Below, in pieces: positions 24,456 to 38,312 of a stretch of DNA of 64,000 bases; position 1 is the stretch's first letter, and each line of letters starts with the position of its first letter. The notes below the pieces were generated by a model, which was not told where the DNA came from, made no database searches, and saw only the letters and a list, made by a program, of their open reading frames with translations. Location: contig OX597816.1 of the NCBI GenBank assembly GCA_951406725.2, positions 2,108,001-2,172,000 of the forward strand. Reading direction: 5' to 3'. Source of the DNA: Octopus vulgaris. Lineage: Eukaryota. The position numbers and the translations under genes are program-made.

Positions 24456-25081
24456 TATTATTATTATTAGTATTGTTGTTCAAGACACACACACCACTCA
24501 TTTTGCTTCTGCTGGAATATTTAATGCCATATATCTTCATCTTGATCATCATCATAGTGTCTGCTTTTCCATGCTTGCATGGAGTCAGCTTTGTGGTTAA
24601 GAAATTTGCTTCCCAACCACATGGTCTTGGGCATGGCACCTTAGGCAAGTGTTTTCTACTACAACCTTGGTCTAAACAAGGTTTTGTGGATTTGGTAGAC
24701 GGAAACTAAAAGAAGCCCTTTGAGTGTGTGTCTAAGGAATAAAGCTTGTTACTGTCATCCTGAAGATATTCTGAGACTCTGGTGAATCTTATGCCAAGCC
24801 TGCAACTAATGCAGCCAACGGTGTCTTCAACTAGCCACAAGTGTAGTAAATATGTCCTCTGTAATTTAAGGATACCAGCAGCAGTTTTGCTTGAAAAAAG
24901 TTATTTCAATAATAAATTACACAAGTTAGTGTGTCATTAGAGCCAATTTATGTTTCTTCTCTTTGTGATGTATGACTAATTCTCAATGTTTATCTTTTAA
25001 ATATTTATTTTAGAAGGATTTCTCTTATTATATTTCTCTTGTAAATGTTTTTCTTTGTTGGTAAGTTTTCTATTTTATGAT

Positions 25082-25134
<53 letters not shown>

Positions 25135-25411
25135 TTGTGCATCTGTTTTCAGTAAATATAATTTGTCAAAATACAAAAAAGAAAAGGCAATAGGATGAGA
25201 AAAGTAGTGTGGCCCTAGATTAATTGACTGACAGTGTTTACTTTCACTCATCTGTTCTAAGTCACACTGGAGTTGAGTTTCCTCCTGTCTTTTTGGTGTC
25301 AGTGCAATAAACACTGGGTCAATTCAGTCAGCCATAACTCCTCTTCTACACATGTGTAGCCTTGTTGTGATGTGAACATTTTATTAATATTAATATCTTT
25401 AACATCCAAAT

Positions 25412-25811
25412 AGGCACAGGAGTGGCTGTGTGGTAAGTAGCTTGTTTACCAACCACATGGTTCTGGGTTCAGTCCCACTGCGTGGCACCTTGAGCAAGTG
25501 TCTTCTACTATAGCCTCGGGCCGACCAAAGCCTTGTGAGTGGATTTGGTAGACGGAAACTGAAAGAAGCCCGTCGTATATATATGTATATATATATATGC
25601 ATGTGTTTGTGTGAGTGTGTTTGTCCCCCTTGCATTGCTTGACAACCGATGCTGGTGTGTTTACGTCCCCGTTACTTAGTGGTTCAGCAAAAGAGACCGA
25701 TGGAATAAGTACTGGGGCTTACAAAAAGAATAAGTCCCGGGGTCGAGTTGCTCGATTAAAGGCGATGCTCCAGCATGGCCGCAGTCAAATGACTGAAACA
25801 AGTAAAAGAGT
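25412..25811 (+). mobile_element. Full-length tRNA-derived SINE with CR1-type tail
   Basis: A-box-like tggctgtgtgg, B-box-like ggttcagtccc, central (TA)/(TG), tail 'gcagtcaaatgactgaaacaagtaaaagag'. Confidence 0.9.
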
Positions 25812-26104
25812 ATGTGGTGTTAGGAGTGGTGTCGAGAATAGAGACATGATTGTTGTTGTCTAGTTTTTTTCCTTTAGGCTTTCAATCAAAATCCATCATG
25901 AATTCACTTTATTTCTCACCCTCTACTTGTTATGTGACTACCTTAAAAGCCAGAATAAGTTTGAAAGTTCTCTCTCACATATGTTAAGTCTGTCAAAGGT
26001 TTATTTTTTTTTGGAACCCCTTCTGTTTGGATGTTATAACAAAAGGTTATTTGTCACTAATTTCAACATCAAATAATTTGTCACCTGGAAAGAGTTTCTT
26101 CTCT

Positions 26105-27368
26105 TAACCTTTTTGACACACCACCTGAGACCATTTCTGGTTCTTTGGTACAAACTTCCTGTTTTAAAGTGATCTAAATTAAAGACTTCCCATTAAAATT
26201 TCATGCTTAATAATGACTAAGCAAGTTTACTAAAGTTTTTGTTATTTTCAGAAATTGAAATACGGGCACAGTTCAGAGAGCCCCTACCTCTGCTGGTAAC
26301 AAAGGGCCTCTCGCTTAGAGTGAAAGGTAGACTGTGTGATGCATGTGTGCAAACAGCCATGCTACACGGCAGTGAAACATGGGCTGTGGCTGCCGAGGAC
26401 TTGCATAGGCTTGAAAGAAATGAAGCTAGTATGCTCCACTGGATGCTAATGTCAGTGAGCATACACGACAGAGTGTGAGCACCTTGAGAGAAAATTTGGA
26501 CACGAGAAGCATCAGATGTGGTGTGCAAGAGTGACAACTGCGCTGGTATGGTCATGTGTTGCATATGGATGAAGACAGCTGTGTGAAGAAGTGTGTCACA
26601 CCCTAACAGTGGAGGGAACCTGTGGGAGAGGTAGAGCGAGGAAGACCTGGGATGAGGTGGTGAAGCATGACCTTCGAATGTTGGGCCTCACAGAGGCAAT
26701 GAAAAGCGACCGAGACCTTTGGAGATATGCTGTGCTTGAGAAGGCCTGGCAAGCCAAGTGAGACTAGCCGTGGCCTATGCCAGTGTTGCATAATCAGCCC
26801 ATTTAAGAGTGTCCTTCAATCATTGGGCAATATACTGTGCTTGAGAAAACCTGTTGAGTCAAGTGAAATCATTGTTGTGGATGATGCCAGTACTACATGA
26901 CTAGCACATGTGCTGGTGGCATGTAGAAAGCACCATTTGAGTGTGGTTGTTGCCAGTGTCGCCTGACTGGCTCCCATGCCAGCGACATATAAAAAGCACC
27001 ATTTGAGTGTGGTCATTTCCAGTGCCACCTGACTGGCTCCTGTGCTGGTGACATATAAAAAGCAGCCACTACACTCTGAGTGGTTGATGTTAGGAAGGGC
27101 ATCCAGCTGTAGAAGCCTTGCCAGAACAGATTGGGGCCTGGTGCAGCCTCCTGGCTTGTCAATCCTCAGTCAAACTGTCCAACCCATGCCAACATAGTTA
27201 GTGGATGTTAAACAACGATGATGATATTATATTTGAACAAAAATAGTATAAAAAAAAAGGGTTAGAATGATCTAAATTTAAACCACCCATCAAATTTTTT
27301 TTTTCTTCAAAATTTATTGAAGTAAAGCAGGTATATTTCTTCAGGGATATAATAACAAAAGGGTTAAA
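26105..27368. mobile_element. TTAA-type MITE remnants with a nested + strand RTE 3' fragment (~26270-27225)
   Basis: Left end 'ttaacctttttgacacacc', right end 'aacaaaagggttaa'; RTE ORF 26239-26478 (FREPLPLLVTKGLSLRVKGRL..HGSETW). Confidence 0.8.
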
Positions 27369-28252
27369 TGAAAAAATATATTGGTAGGGATTTGTAAAAT
27401 ATACGATTTAAGAAGTGAGATTTGACCGAGTGATTCCATAAAGTTGGTACATAAAAATTTGTTCCTAATTAAAAAAAAAAAAAAAGATAATTCTTATCTC
27501 TGTGCCAACCTAATGTGTCCCCAAAGCAGTATCACTTCTAAATATATGTATCTTTTGCCAGATCTCTAATTATGTGTCCGTATTCACTCTCCTTCCTTCA
27601 ATAATAATCCTGCAGTCTTCAGGAATGGTTACACCATTTAGTTAACATGTATTGTTTTGTTTCTCTCATCATATCATCTGGTGAATTATTTTCCAATGTG
27701 CTATGATATCTTTTGTAGTTTTGAAACCTTTACCATAGTCATTAATGAAATTGGTCATCTTTGCATGAACAGTATTTCAGTATTTCATAGTTTCATTTGC
27801 TTTATTTTTAAATATCTTTTTTTATTATTTCTTGGTTAGTATCACTTTTTATCATGCATCTCTCTGTCTTCCCCAGCTCATAGTCTTGTCTCATTCACTT
27901 TCTCCTACAATTTTGTAAACCACCCACCAATCCACTTCTACTCAGCTTGTCTCTTGTGGTGGTGGGGCACCTGGACATCTTATCACCGTCATTTTCTCTT
28001 TCTCTCCTCCCCCTTTTCTCCTACCAGGTGTAAGTAGCCGTGCAGATCCCTCTGCAGGAACATGCTCTGCCCCTTCTCTCATTGTAATCCCCTCGTTCCC
28101 CAGCCTGAAGTTCTATCCCTTCCCATCACCTCTTATTGGACTCATAGTCTTGCAAATTGTGGTGAGACCTAAGTAGTACAGGTGGCAGGAAAAAAGAGAC
28201 CGAATCCTAGCAGTAGGTGTTAGGAATGGCATCCAGCCATAGAAACCATGCC

Positions 28253-28843
28253 AAAGCAGACATTGGAGCTCAATGCAGTCCTTAGATATATCAGATCCCT
28301 ACCAAACTGTCCAGAATGGAACAGGGATCATCATCATCATCGTTTAACGTCCGTTTTCCATGCTAGCATGGGTTGGATGGTTCAACCGGGGTCTGGGAAG
28401 CCAGGAGGCAGCGCCAGGCTCCAGTCTGATCTTGCAGTGTTTCTAAAGCTAGATGCCGGATCAGACTGGAGCCTGGTGCAGCCTCCTGGCTTCCCAGACC
28501 CTGGTTGAACTGTCCAACCCATGCTAGCATGGAAAACGGACGTTAAACGATGATGATGGTCCCTGTTCCATGCTGGACAGTTTGGTAGGGATTTGATAGC
28601 TCTGTCTGGCACCTGTGCAGGTGGCACGTAAAAAACACCCACTACACTCGCGGAGTGGTTGGCGTTAGGAAGGGCATCCAGCCGTAGAAACACTGCCAGA
28701 TCTGACTGGGCCTGACGAAGCCTTCCAGCTTCACAGACCCCAGTTGACCCGTCCAACCCATGCTAGCATGGAAAGCGGACGCTAAACGATGATGATGATG
28801 ATGATGATGATGAAGGACTGCATTGAGCTCCAGTGTCTGCTTT
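28253..28843. repeat. Nested inverted duplication of RTE-tail sequence with a later insertion in the right arm
   Basis: 28289-28430 pairs with ~28459-28598; outer arms 28253-28283 and 28813-28843; + strand RTE tail at 28599-28812 in between. Confidence 0.88.
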
Positions 28844-28940
28844 CATTTCTTGTTTTGGTAATTTTTCTCCCTTGTGCTTTTTATTCATCTTTGCCTGGAT
28901 TTTGATCGTCTCTGTCACCTTATACTCGTTATGCTTTATA

Positions 28941-29504
28941 CAGGGTTATTCAAAAAGAATGAACTGATTTCATTATGCAATATTTTAATAAGGAAAAGCA
29001 ATAGAAAACTCCAGCTAAGTCACAGGTATGGACTCACAATCAACATTTATTTCCTCTCTTACAAGTGTTCAGTGTGGCCACCACCTACAGTATGGGCAAC
29101 ATCAATGCGATAAGAGAATTCCTCCCAGATGCGTATCACCAGATCCCAATCCACTGAGTTGATCGCTGTTGTTATTCAGTGGTTAAGGTCATTGAGGTTG
29201 GTGGGTAGTGGTGGAACAGAAACGTGGTCTTTTACATATTCCCACAAGAAAAAAATCACACACCGTGAGGTCTGGAGATCTTGCAGGCCAAGCACAAAGA
29301 GCAAGGTCTTGGGTGTCAGGGAGGGATTCTCTTATCGCATTGATGTTGCTCATGCTGCAGGTGGTGTCCACATTGAATGCTTGTGAGACAGGAAATAAAA
29401 GTTGATTACGAGTGAATTCTTGTGACTTGGCTGGAGTTTACAACTGCTTTTCCTTGTTGAAATATTGCAGAATGAAATCGGTTCATTCTTTTTGAATAAC
29501 CCCG
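28941..29504. mobile_element. Tc1/mariner-superfamily non-autonomous element with ~190 bp inverted ends
   Basis: TA|cagggttattcaaaaagaatgaac...gttcattctttttgaataaccccg|TA; internal minus-strand WPARSPDLTVCDFFL transposase motif. Confidence 0.9.
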
Positions 29505-29609
29505 TAGTCTTTGGTTTATGATGTTAATTTCTTTTGTTTTTCATTTAAGTTTTATTTAATGTCATCTTTGGATAATAGAACTTTGTATTGCTCTTTGTCT
29601 GTTTTTATG

Positions 29610-32092
29610 TGGGTTAGCAACCATTATATCAGCCTATGCCCCTCAGCCAGGGCTACCCGATGGTCAGAAAGACCGATTCTATGACACCCTCTTGCAGACT
29701 ACCTTGTCGACGAATGACAGGGACCTTCTCTTTGTGACTGGTGACTTCAATGGACATGTTGGACAACATACAGGGGGCTTCCAAGGCGTACATGGATTCT
29801 ACAGTTATGGTTCCCGTAACTAGGAGGGAACCAGGCTGCTGAAGTTCTGCGATGCAAATGATCTTATGGTTTGCAATACTAACTTCAGGAAACCTGCCAG
29901 TCACCTAGTCACCTACCGTTCTGGCAGACACACTAGTCAAATTGACTACATCCTCGCCAGAAAAAGGGAAAGATGGCTGCTTATAAATGCCAAAACCTTC
30001 CCAGGCGAAGAATGTACCCCACAACATAAACTGGTAGCTAGTGACTTCAGGATCAGGGATAAGTGGAAGCCCAGAAGACAACCAGCATGGAGGAGAAGGG
30101 TCTGGAAGCTTAAAGAGCCTGTGAATGGACAGAGATTTAGAGATATATTACTTGAAGCCTTTGACGAAATAGCCCAACTAATTAGAGAGAGAGTTAATTT
30201 AGATGAGATACAGTTTGGGTTCGTGCCAGGGAAAAGTACCACTGATGCTATATTCCTGGTAAGGCAGCTGTAGGAGAAATACCTAGCCAAAGATAAGCCC
30301 CTGTACCTGGCTTTTGTTGACATGGAGAAAGCCTTCAACAGGGTCCCCCTTATCTGGTGGTCAATGAGGAAACTAGGGATAGATGAATGGTTAGTGAGAG
30401 CTGTGCATGCTATGTACAAGGATGCTGTAAGTAAGGTGAGGGTTGGCAACTAGTACACTGAAGAATTCAGGGTAGAAGTAGGGGTCCACCAAGGTTCAGT
30501 CCTCAGTCCCCTCCTATTTATCATAGTCCTCCAGGCAATAACGGAGGAATTCAAGACAGGATGCCCCTGGGAGCTCCTCTATGCTGATGACTTTGCTCTA
30601 ATTTGTGAGTCACTATCAGAACTAGAGGAGAAGTTTCAAGTGTGGAAACAAGGATTAGATTCGAAGGGCCTTAGAGTCAACCTAGCTAAAACCAGAGTCC
30701 TAATAAGTAGGAATGCAGGCAAACCACAAATCCCTTCAGGTAGATGGCCCTGCTCGATTTGTAGTAGAGGTGTAGGTAGAAACTCTATAAGATGTACCCA
30801 GTTTAAGCTATGGACACAAAAGAGGTGCAGTAATATCAAAGGAAGGCTAACTGGGAAGATAGTTTTTGTATGTGGCAGATACTCAGGAGCAATAAACACT
30901 GAAAATGCGCAGAGAACAACTTCTGCCACATTCCAGGGAGGAAAACTAGGAGTAGTTGATAGCTTCTGTTACCTAGGTGACCAAGTCAGTAGTGGGGGAG
31001 GGTGCGCTGAAAGTGTAGCTGCTAGAATAAGAATAGCCTGGGCAAAGTTCAGAGAGCTCTTACCTCTGCTGGTGACAAAGGGCCTCTCACTCAGAGTAAA
31101 AGGTAGACTGTATGACACGTGTACGACAGCCATGCTACATGGCAGTGAAACATGGGCTGTGACTGCTGAGGACATGCGTAAGCTTGCAAGGAATGAAGCC
31201 AGTATGATCCGATGGATGTGTAATGTCAGTGTTCATACTCAACAGAGTGTAAGTACCTTGAGAGAAAAGTTGGACCTAAGAAGCATCAGATGTGGTGTGC
31301 AAGAGAGACAACTGTGCTGGTATGGTCATGTGGTGAGAATGGATGTGGATAGCTGTGTGTAAAAGTGCCACACCCTAGTGGTTGAGGGAACTTGTGGAAG
31401 AGGTAGACCCAGGAAGACCTGGGATGAGGTGGTGAAGCATGACCTTTGAACATTGGGCCTTACCGAGGCAATGGCTAGTGACCGGGACCTTTGGAAATAT
31501 GCTGTGCTTATGAGAAGACTCGGCAAGCTCAATTGAGACCATAACCTTGTGGCCTATGCCAGGGGTGTTACCAGCCTACTTATGTGTACCTGTCCTTCAT
31601 TGGACACTAAACTCTGCTTGCGAAGACCTGTTGAGTCAAGTGAAACCGAAATCAAATTTGATCACTGGCATCCGTGCTAGTGGAGCGCTAAGAGTACCAT
31701 ATGAGTGTGATTGTTGCCAGAACAACTAGCTGGCCCCCGTGCTGGTGGCACATAAAAAACACCATTCAAGCATGATCGTTACCTGCGTCACCTTACTGGC
31801 ACTTGTGCTGGTGGCACGCGAAAAAGCATTTGAGCAAGTGCCGCTGGACTGGCTCCTGTGCAAGTGGCACATAAAAGGCACCATTTGAGTGTGGCTGTTG
31901 CCAGTACTGTTTGACTAGCCCTCATACCAGTGGTACGTAAAAGCACCCTCTACACTCTCGGAGTGGTTGGCATTAGGAAGGGTATCCAGCTGTAGAAACT
32001 CCGCCAGATCAGATTGGAGTCTGGTTCACCAGACCTCAGTCAAATTGTCCAACCCATGCTGGCATGGAAAACGGACATTAAACGATGATGAT
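29610..32092 (+). mobile_element. Longest RTE-clade LINE copy (AP endonuclease + RT, internal deletion near 30165)
   Basis: GDFNGHVG and SQIDYIL (endonuclease); QFGFVPGKSTTDAIF, GVHQGSVLSPLLF, LLYADD, FCYLG (RT); (GAT)n tail. Confidence 0.95.
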
Positions 32093-32482
32093 AGTGGCTG
32101 TGTGGTAAGTAGCTTGCTTACCAACCACATGGTTCCGGGTTCAGTCCCACTGCGTGGCATCTTGGGCAAGTGTCTTCTACTATAGCCTCGGGCCAACCAA
32201 AGGCCTTGTGAGTGGATTTGGTAGACGGAAACTGAAAGAAGCCCGTCGTATATATGTATGTATATATATATATGTTTGTGTGTCTGTGTTTGTCCCCCTA
32301 GCATTGCTTGACAACCGATGCTGGTGTGTTTATGTCCCCGTCACTTAGCGGTTTTTGCAAAAGAGACCGATAGAATAAGTACTGGGCTTAAAAAGAATAA
32401 GTCCTGGCGTCAATTTGCTCGACTAAAAAGGCGGTGCTCCAGCATGGCCGCAGTCAAATGACTGAAAAGAGTAAAAGAGTAT
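32093..32482 (+). mobile_element. tRNA-derived SINE with CR1-type tail, abutting the RTE tail
   Basis: Near-identical to 25412-25811. Confidence 0.9.
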
Positions 32483-34164
32483 AAGCAATTTTCCATGATT
32501 TATTAAGTTTATCTACTTTCTCTGGTTTAGAAAATTGACAGAGAATAATTAATGCAATTCCCTTAATCTGCTCAAAGCCTCTATTACATTGTTTCTATCA
32601 ACTTTTGGCTTCCTGATCTTTCTCCAAGTTTACTTTATTTCTTGAATAATTCTATTATATTTCTGCCTCCCACCTTCGACTCACTTAATAACTTCATCAC
32701 TTAACCAACAAATTTATTTTCTGATTTAGTAATTTTCCTGTTGTCGAGAGTTAGGGAAGAACACTTATTTCATCCCAACAACATATCTTTTATCTGCACA
32801 TAACATCTTGACAACTTAGATTAATGTGTCGAAAGTAATTTCTTTCTTTATATAGAGTTTAAAATTATCCAAATAAAGCAGATGGTTTACTTTCTCTTTG
32901 CTGCTTATTATTAATCTCTATCCTGGTTTTGACCTGAGCATATTTGTTACGAGTATCTATGAAATATAACAAAGTGTGATGAGGAATCTCGAAGGAAAAT
33001 TTTCTTTTTTATTTTCATTTTTTTCTAATTGCTATGATATCTGGTTTTGCAGACATGTGTGATAACTTCATATTTTCATACACTTCTCCAAAATTTACAT
33101 TAACCACCATTTGTTTTTGATATTTTTCTAAACCATTGTATGTGAAATCTTATGCAAAGCTGCCTAATAATCTACAGGGGCTGCTATGTTTCCTTTCCTC
33201 ATTTTCACTTCTCCCAACTTTTAATGGTATTTTTATTGATGGAAAGTAGAATGCACAAGACACTCGCCAACAGTTTTCTCTTACATTTTTGCTCTTTTTT
33301 GAATATTTCATTCCAATCTAAACATTGATCTCCCTCTTCTAACACACAGACACACACACTATATATATATATATATATATAAAAAACGTCATTTGAGGTT
33401 GTTAGCCTTGTCAATTGCTTTCATCATATAAATGGTAAACATACTATTAGTTCCTCGTTCATTCTTATTTCTTCCCACTCTACTTTTTTGAACAAATGGC
33501 AGCTAAAAACTTGGCATCTAAGATTATTCGTTGTAACTTATTCCTTACATTACAATCCACTGTGTTTTACCATAAAACTGAGCTGATTGTCTTCATAATA
33601 AAATGATGACTGGTGACAAGTAAGCTCTAATTGAGAAGACCTATGATCTGAGACATTCCATCTATGACCATCTGGTTTTCAGGCATACTCTATACAGCCT
33701 TACATTATCTGTGTTTTCAGATAAGTGGGTGTGATTTAAAGAAGATTTGGTCTGCTATTTCTAACAGATCCGTCAGTCATGTAAAAGTCTCCAGTTTCTG
33801 ATGATAATTTCTCACATTGACACTTTAGCACTTAAACTGCCCATATCAGACCCAAATATTCTACCTGTTTTATGTTCACACTGGCCAGATTCAGCCTTTC
33901 ACACTTACCCTACAATGTCATTCTAAAAATAATCACATCATCGAAATCTTCAAGTTACCAGATAATCTTTTCATCTTTTACGGGTTTCAACCATTAGATT
34001 GTGACCATGCTGGGGCACTTCCTTGAAGAATTTTTAGTTAAATGAATTAACTTCAGCCCTTGTTTGTTTTTAAAGCCTGGTACTTATTCTATAGGTCTCT
34101 TTTGCCAAACTGCTAAGTTACAGGGACATAAACAAACCAACACTGGTTGTCAAACAGTGGTGGG

Positions 34165-34412
34165 GCACTGGCACGTAAAAAGCACCATCCGATCGTGGCC
34201 GTTTGCCAGCCTCATCTGGCATCTGTGCCAGTGGCACGTAAAAAGCACCCACTATACTCACGGAGTGGTTGGCATTAGGAAGGGCATCCAGCTATAGAAA
34301 CACTGCCAGATCAGACTGGAGCCTGGTGCAGCCTTCTGGCTTCCCAGACCCCAGTTGAAGCATCCAATCCATGCTAGCATGGAAAAACGGACGTTAAAAG
34401 ATGATGATGATA
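34165..34412 (+). mobile_element. RTE 3' tail inserted in an older minus-strand SINE (~33980-34495)
   Basis: RTE-tail signature; flanks match the SINE tail (left) and head (right) in reverse complement. Confidence 0.75.
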
Positions 34413-35159
34413 TACATACTGGGTTTCTTCCAGTTTCTGTCTACTAAATCCACTCACAAGGCTTTGATTGGCCTGGGGTTACAGTAGAAGACAGTTGAGC
34501 ATTGGAGTCAATGTAACCCACTTACCCTCTCCCCACAAAATTGTGCCAAAATTTGAAGGTGATATTTTACTGTTCCATTCTTTGGATTGATGCACTTTAT
34601 ATGCATTTGCTGTTGAAACACTTGTCAAGAATAATGAATCTGGGAGGTTCTGTCTTTTTTATTGCTATATTCTGTATAATGTGTTAAGACATTTCTCCAT
34701 ACGCATTCAATATGATATATAGTGTTCAGACTATAAAACTTGTCTTAACTATAAAAATATAAAAATCTCATCTCTATCATAATTCTATCATCATGTACTG
34801 GACAATGATTTGTATTGGCTGCAGTTAGCAAATTGTTTAGTTTTAAGGAAGCAAACACTTGTTCTCACTTTTGCAATATAATTAGTTCATGGCAGCAGTG
34901 ACAATTTATATTTCATTTCCTAATTTACAATCTGTTTCATTATATCATCAACACTTCACCATGTTCACCATCATCATTACCTAATTCTTTGCTACCCACA
35001 AGGGGCTAAACACAGAGAGGACAAACAAGGACAGACAAACGGATTAAGTCGATTACATTGATCCCCAGTGCGTAACTGGTACTTAATTTATTGAACCCGA
35101 AAGGATGAAAGGCAAAGTTGACCTCGGCGGAATTTGAACTCAGAACGTAACGGCATCAT

Positions 35160-35920
35160 CATTACCATTACTGGTTTTTTTAACATCCACTCTTCTATGC
35201 TTGCATAGGTCAGACGGGATTTGTTGAGGCAGATTTTCTATAGCTGGATGCTTTTCATGTCCTCATTCCTCACTTGTTTCCAAGCTAGGTAATATTTCCT
35301 CATGGCCAGACCTGATTTCATGAAAGACTGGAAACAAATGACACTGCTTGTGTGACAGTGATGCTTGTTTACAACTGTCAAGCAGCAATGCCAGAGCAAG
35401 GATGTGTGTTTAGACACACACACACATGCATACGCACAATCATACACACACAGAGCTCTATTTTTCAGTTTCCAATCCATCCACAAGGCTTTGCTTGGCC
35501 TTGGGCTATAGTAGAAGACACTTACCCAAGGTGTCATGCAGTGGGACCGAACTCCAAACCACATGGTTGGTAAGCAAACTTTTGAACCTCACAACTACAC
35601 CTGCATCTAAGTGAATGGTATAATTGATGACTTCAGAGCATCTGTCCGGGGCTAATCTATTAATGTTTTTAGCTATATGCTGGAGACAAATGACACTGCT
35701 TATGTGACAGGGATGCTTGTTTACAACTGTCAAGCAATGTCAAAACAAGGTCACATACACACCAGTTATTATTGCCGTTTCCATCTGCCAGATGTACTTT
35801 CAAGGCTTTGGTTGGCTTCAGGCTGTAGCAGAGGACACTGGCCCAAAGTGCCTTGCAGTGGATCTGCCTAAATCCAATGTGGTTGTGAATTCAGCTTTTT
35901 TTTAACCATACAGCCATTCC
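35160..35920 (-). mobile_element. Two tandem tRNA-head/RTE-tail SINE copies
   Basis: 'acaaatgacactgctt..tgacag.gatgcttgtttacaactgtcaagca' at ~35335 and ~35687, each followed by a SINE head in reverse. Confidence 0.7.
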
Positions 35921-35937
35921 TCCATGTATCAATTACT

Positions 35938-36260
35938 AAATCACTTGGATATTAGATGAACATAAATAAATTAAATTTAAATTAAGCAAACATGTAAATA
36001 AAATTCAATGAACAAATCAAAACTTATCTTCAAAAATCACTTGGACGAACATAAATAGAATCCGATGAAAATAGATGAGTAAGCATGAATATAAAAATTT
36101 TTGCTCACAAATCACATGGGCATTAGATGAAAATAGTTTAGTGAACAAATGTGATAGGTAAGTGAACTGTGTTCACAATCACCTGGACATTAGGTGAACA
36201 TAAAGAGGTAAATGAACATATGAATTTTTAAAAAATCATCTATGTCAACAAATCACTTTT
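35938..36260. repeat. Degenerate ~70 bp minisatellite, 4-5 units
   Basis: 'aatcac(t/a/c)tgg(a/g)(t/c)attag(a/g)tgaacataaa' at ~35939, 36035, 36110, 36177. Confidence 0.6.
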
Positions 36261-36294
36261 TGTTTTCTATTTTTGAAAACATTTTTCACCATTA

Positions 36295-38312
36295 GCTCTT
36301 TTGATATCAACTCACCTGAGATCATTCTGGATTTTTGAGACAAATTTCACATTTTAAATTGATCTAAATTAGAACCTTCTATCAAATTTCTGTTTTAATT
36401 TATATTCCAAATTCCAGCTAAATAACATGAATAATTTTACTAAATTCTTGATGATTTTCAAACTAAATTGAAACAAAAACTCTATTTGAACAGAAATATA
36501 CTAACTAAAGGATGAAATTTTCATTTGGAAAGAAACAATAAAGAAAATAATTTGAAGATATTTGTAATTACCAGAAAAAGTAATGTTAAATTTGGTTTTA
36601 TTTTAATCAATATTTGTGTCTTTGGTATTGATTTAAAGACATCACTGACATAAATACAGGTAGCATTGTTCTGCAGGTGTCGTTAACAGACATAGGGAAA
36701 AGATAGTTTTCTGTTATTTGTGATGTTCTTTGTAACATAGTTCAGTTTATCAACAAAGCCATTTCATACTAAATTGCAAGGCACATAATAATTTCAAATG
36801 GTTTAAAAAATTTTTCTCTGTGTTTGAAAGATAGTAAACTAGGTTTCTAGCTGTCACACATTATCATCTCTTGGTTGCTCCACCAGATTAGTTACTCGTC
36901 AGTAATACTCCGATGGTTCAAAAAAAAAAATCTTTCTACTTTTTCTTTTTTTCAAATTCAGCTACACCTGTTTTTTTCCCCCTTGTCATTTACATTTTGT
37001 TCTTTTTCAAAGATTTGTTTGTAGAGAAAAGAAAAATAAATATATCTATTTCAAGAATATATAAGTGAAACTTTATTTTATGAGTTTTTTTTTTTTCCTT
37101 TCCCTATTTATTTCTGGATCAGGTTTATTAATTTGCTGAATTATCTGTGCTGAAGATTGAAAAGAACCATGTAACAAATCTACTGTTAAGGCAATCTTTA
37201 ATTAAAAAGCTAAAACCAGATGTTAGGAAAAAACAAAACAAAAATGAGAATGAGACAAACTGGAAAACTTTAAACTTATTTTGTTAAACGTAATAAAATT
37301 ATCAATCATTAATTCTTCTTTAACCCTTTTGCTACTATATTTCTATTGAAATACACAGACTTTGTTTTGGTTAATTTTTGAAAATAATGAAGAATTTTGC
37401 AAAATAACTTAGTCATTCTTAAGTCGGGTGTTTGAAACATAAATTAACATGAAATTTTGGTTGAAGATTTTAATTTAGATCGCTTTAAAATGTGAAATTT
37501 GTATCATAGAACATAGTGGGGGTAAAAAGCATAAAACAGTCTCTCCTAAAATATTGGGCTTACTTTAATAGTACCATTTCTTAAGTATGCTTATTAGATT
37601 TTTAGATTTGCCTCAACCACTGAATTATCTATAGATTGTAAATCTTTGTAATATTAAATCTAATATTTGATTTTGGACAGTTTTGGTACCTCTTTAAATT
37701 TAATTTATTTGTTCTAACTGGAATAGTTTTGCTCTTTTATACTCTTGCTTCTACTTTTTATATTCTTACTGCAAAAGCTTATAGGTTAAGCATTTAACCA
37801 ATTTGAAAATAACTTATCTGAGGCTGCCTCTGGTTCTGTGGCAGTAGTTCTTGTTTTAAAGTGACCTAAATGAAACCTTCCTTCATGTAAATTTATGTTC
37901 CAAGCACACCAGCTCAGTAACTACAAAGTCATTTTACTAAATTCTTCATTATTTTCAAATTTAATTGAAACAAAGGCAGTGTATTTCCACGGAAATATGG
38001 TAACAAAAGGGTTAGCCATTTTGATACCAACTCACCTGTGACCACTGCTGGTTCTGTAATAAAAGCTTGTATCAAAGTTAAAACTTTCCATCAAAATTTT
38101 GTTTTAATTTAAATTAATAAACAAGCTTAGTAATGTGAAACAAAAACTGTGTGCTTAAATAGATATAGGGTAACAAAAGGGTTAGAGTAATCTAAATTAA
38201 AATCTTCTATCAAAATTGTCTGTTATTTTACTTAATTGCTAAATTCTTCATTATTTCAAAATTAATTGAAATGAAAACTGTATTTAGACAGAAATATGGT
38301 AACAAAAGGGTC
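36295..38312. mobile_element. Cluster of at least five TTAA-type MITE copies or fragments
   Basis: 'ttaaccctttt' at ~37320; 'ggtaacaaaaggg' ends at ~38010, ~38180 and ~38310. Confidence 0.7.

Noticed and set aside
25412-25490. tRNA gene
   Set aside because: A/B-box-like motifs belong to a multi-copy SINE head; no full cloverleaf is evident.
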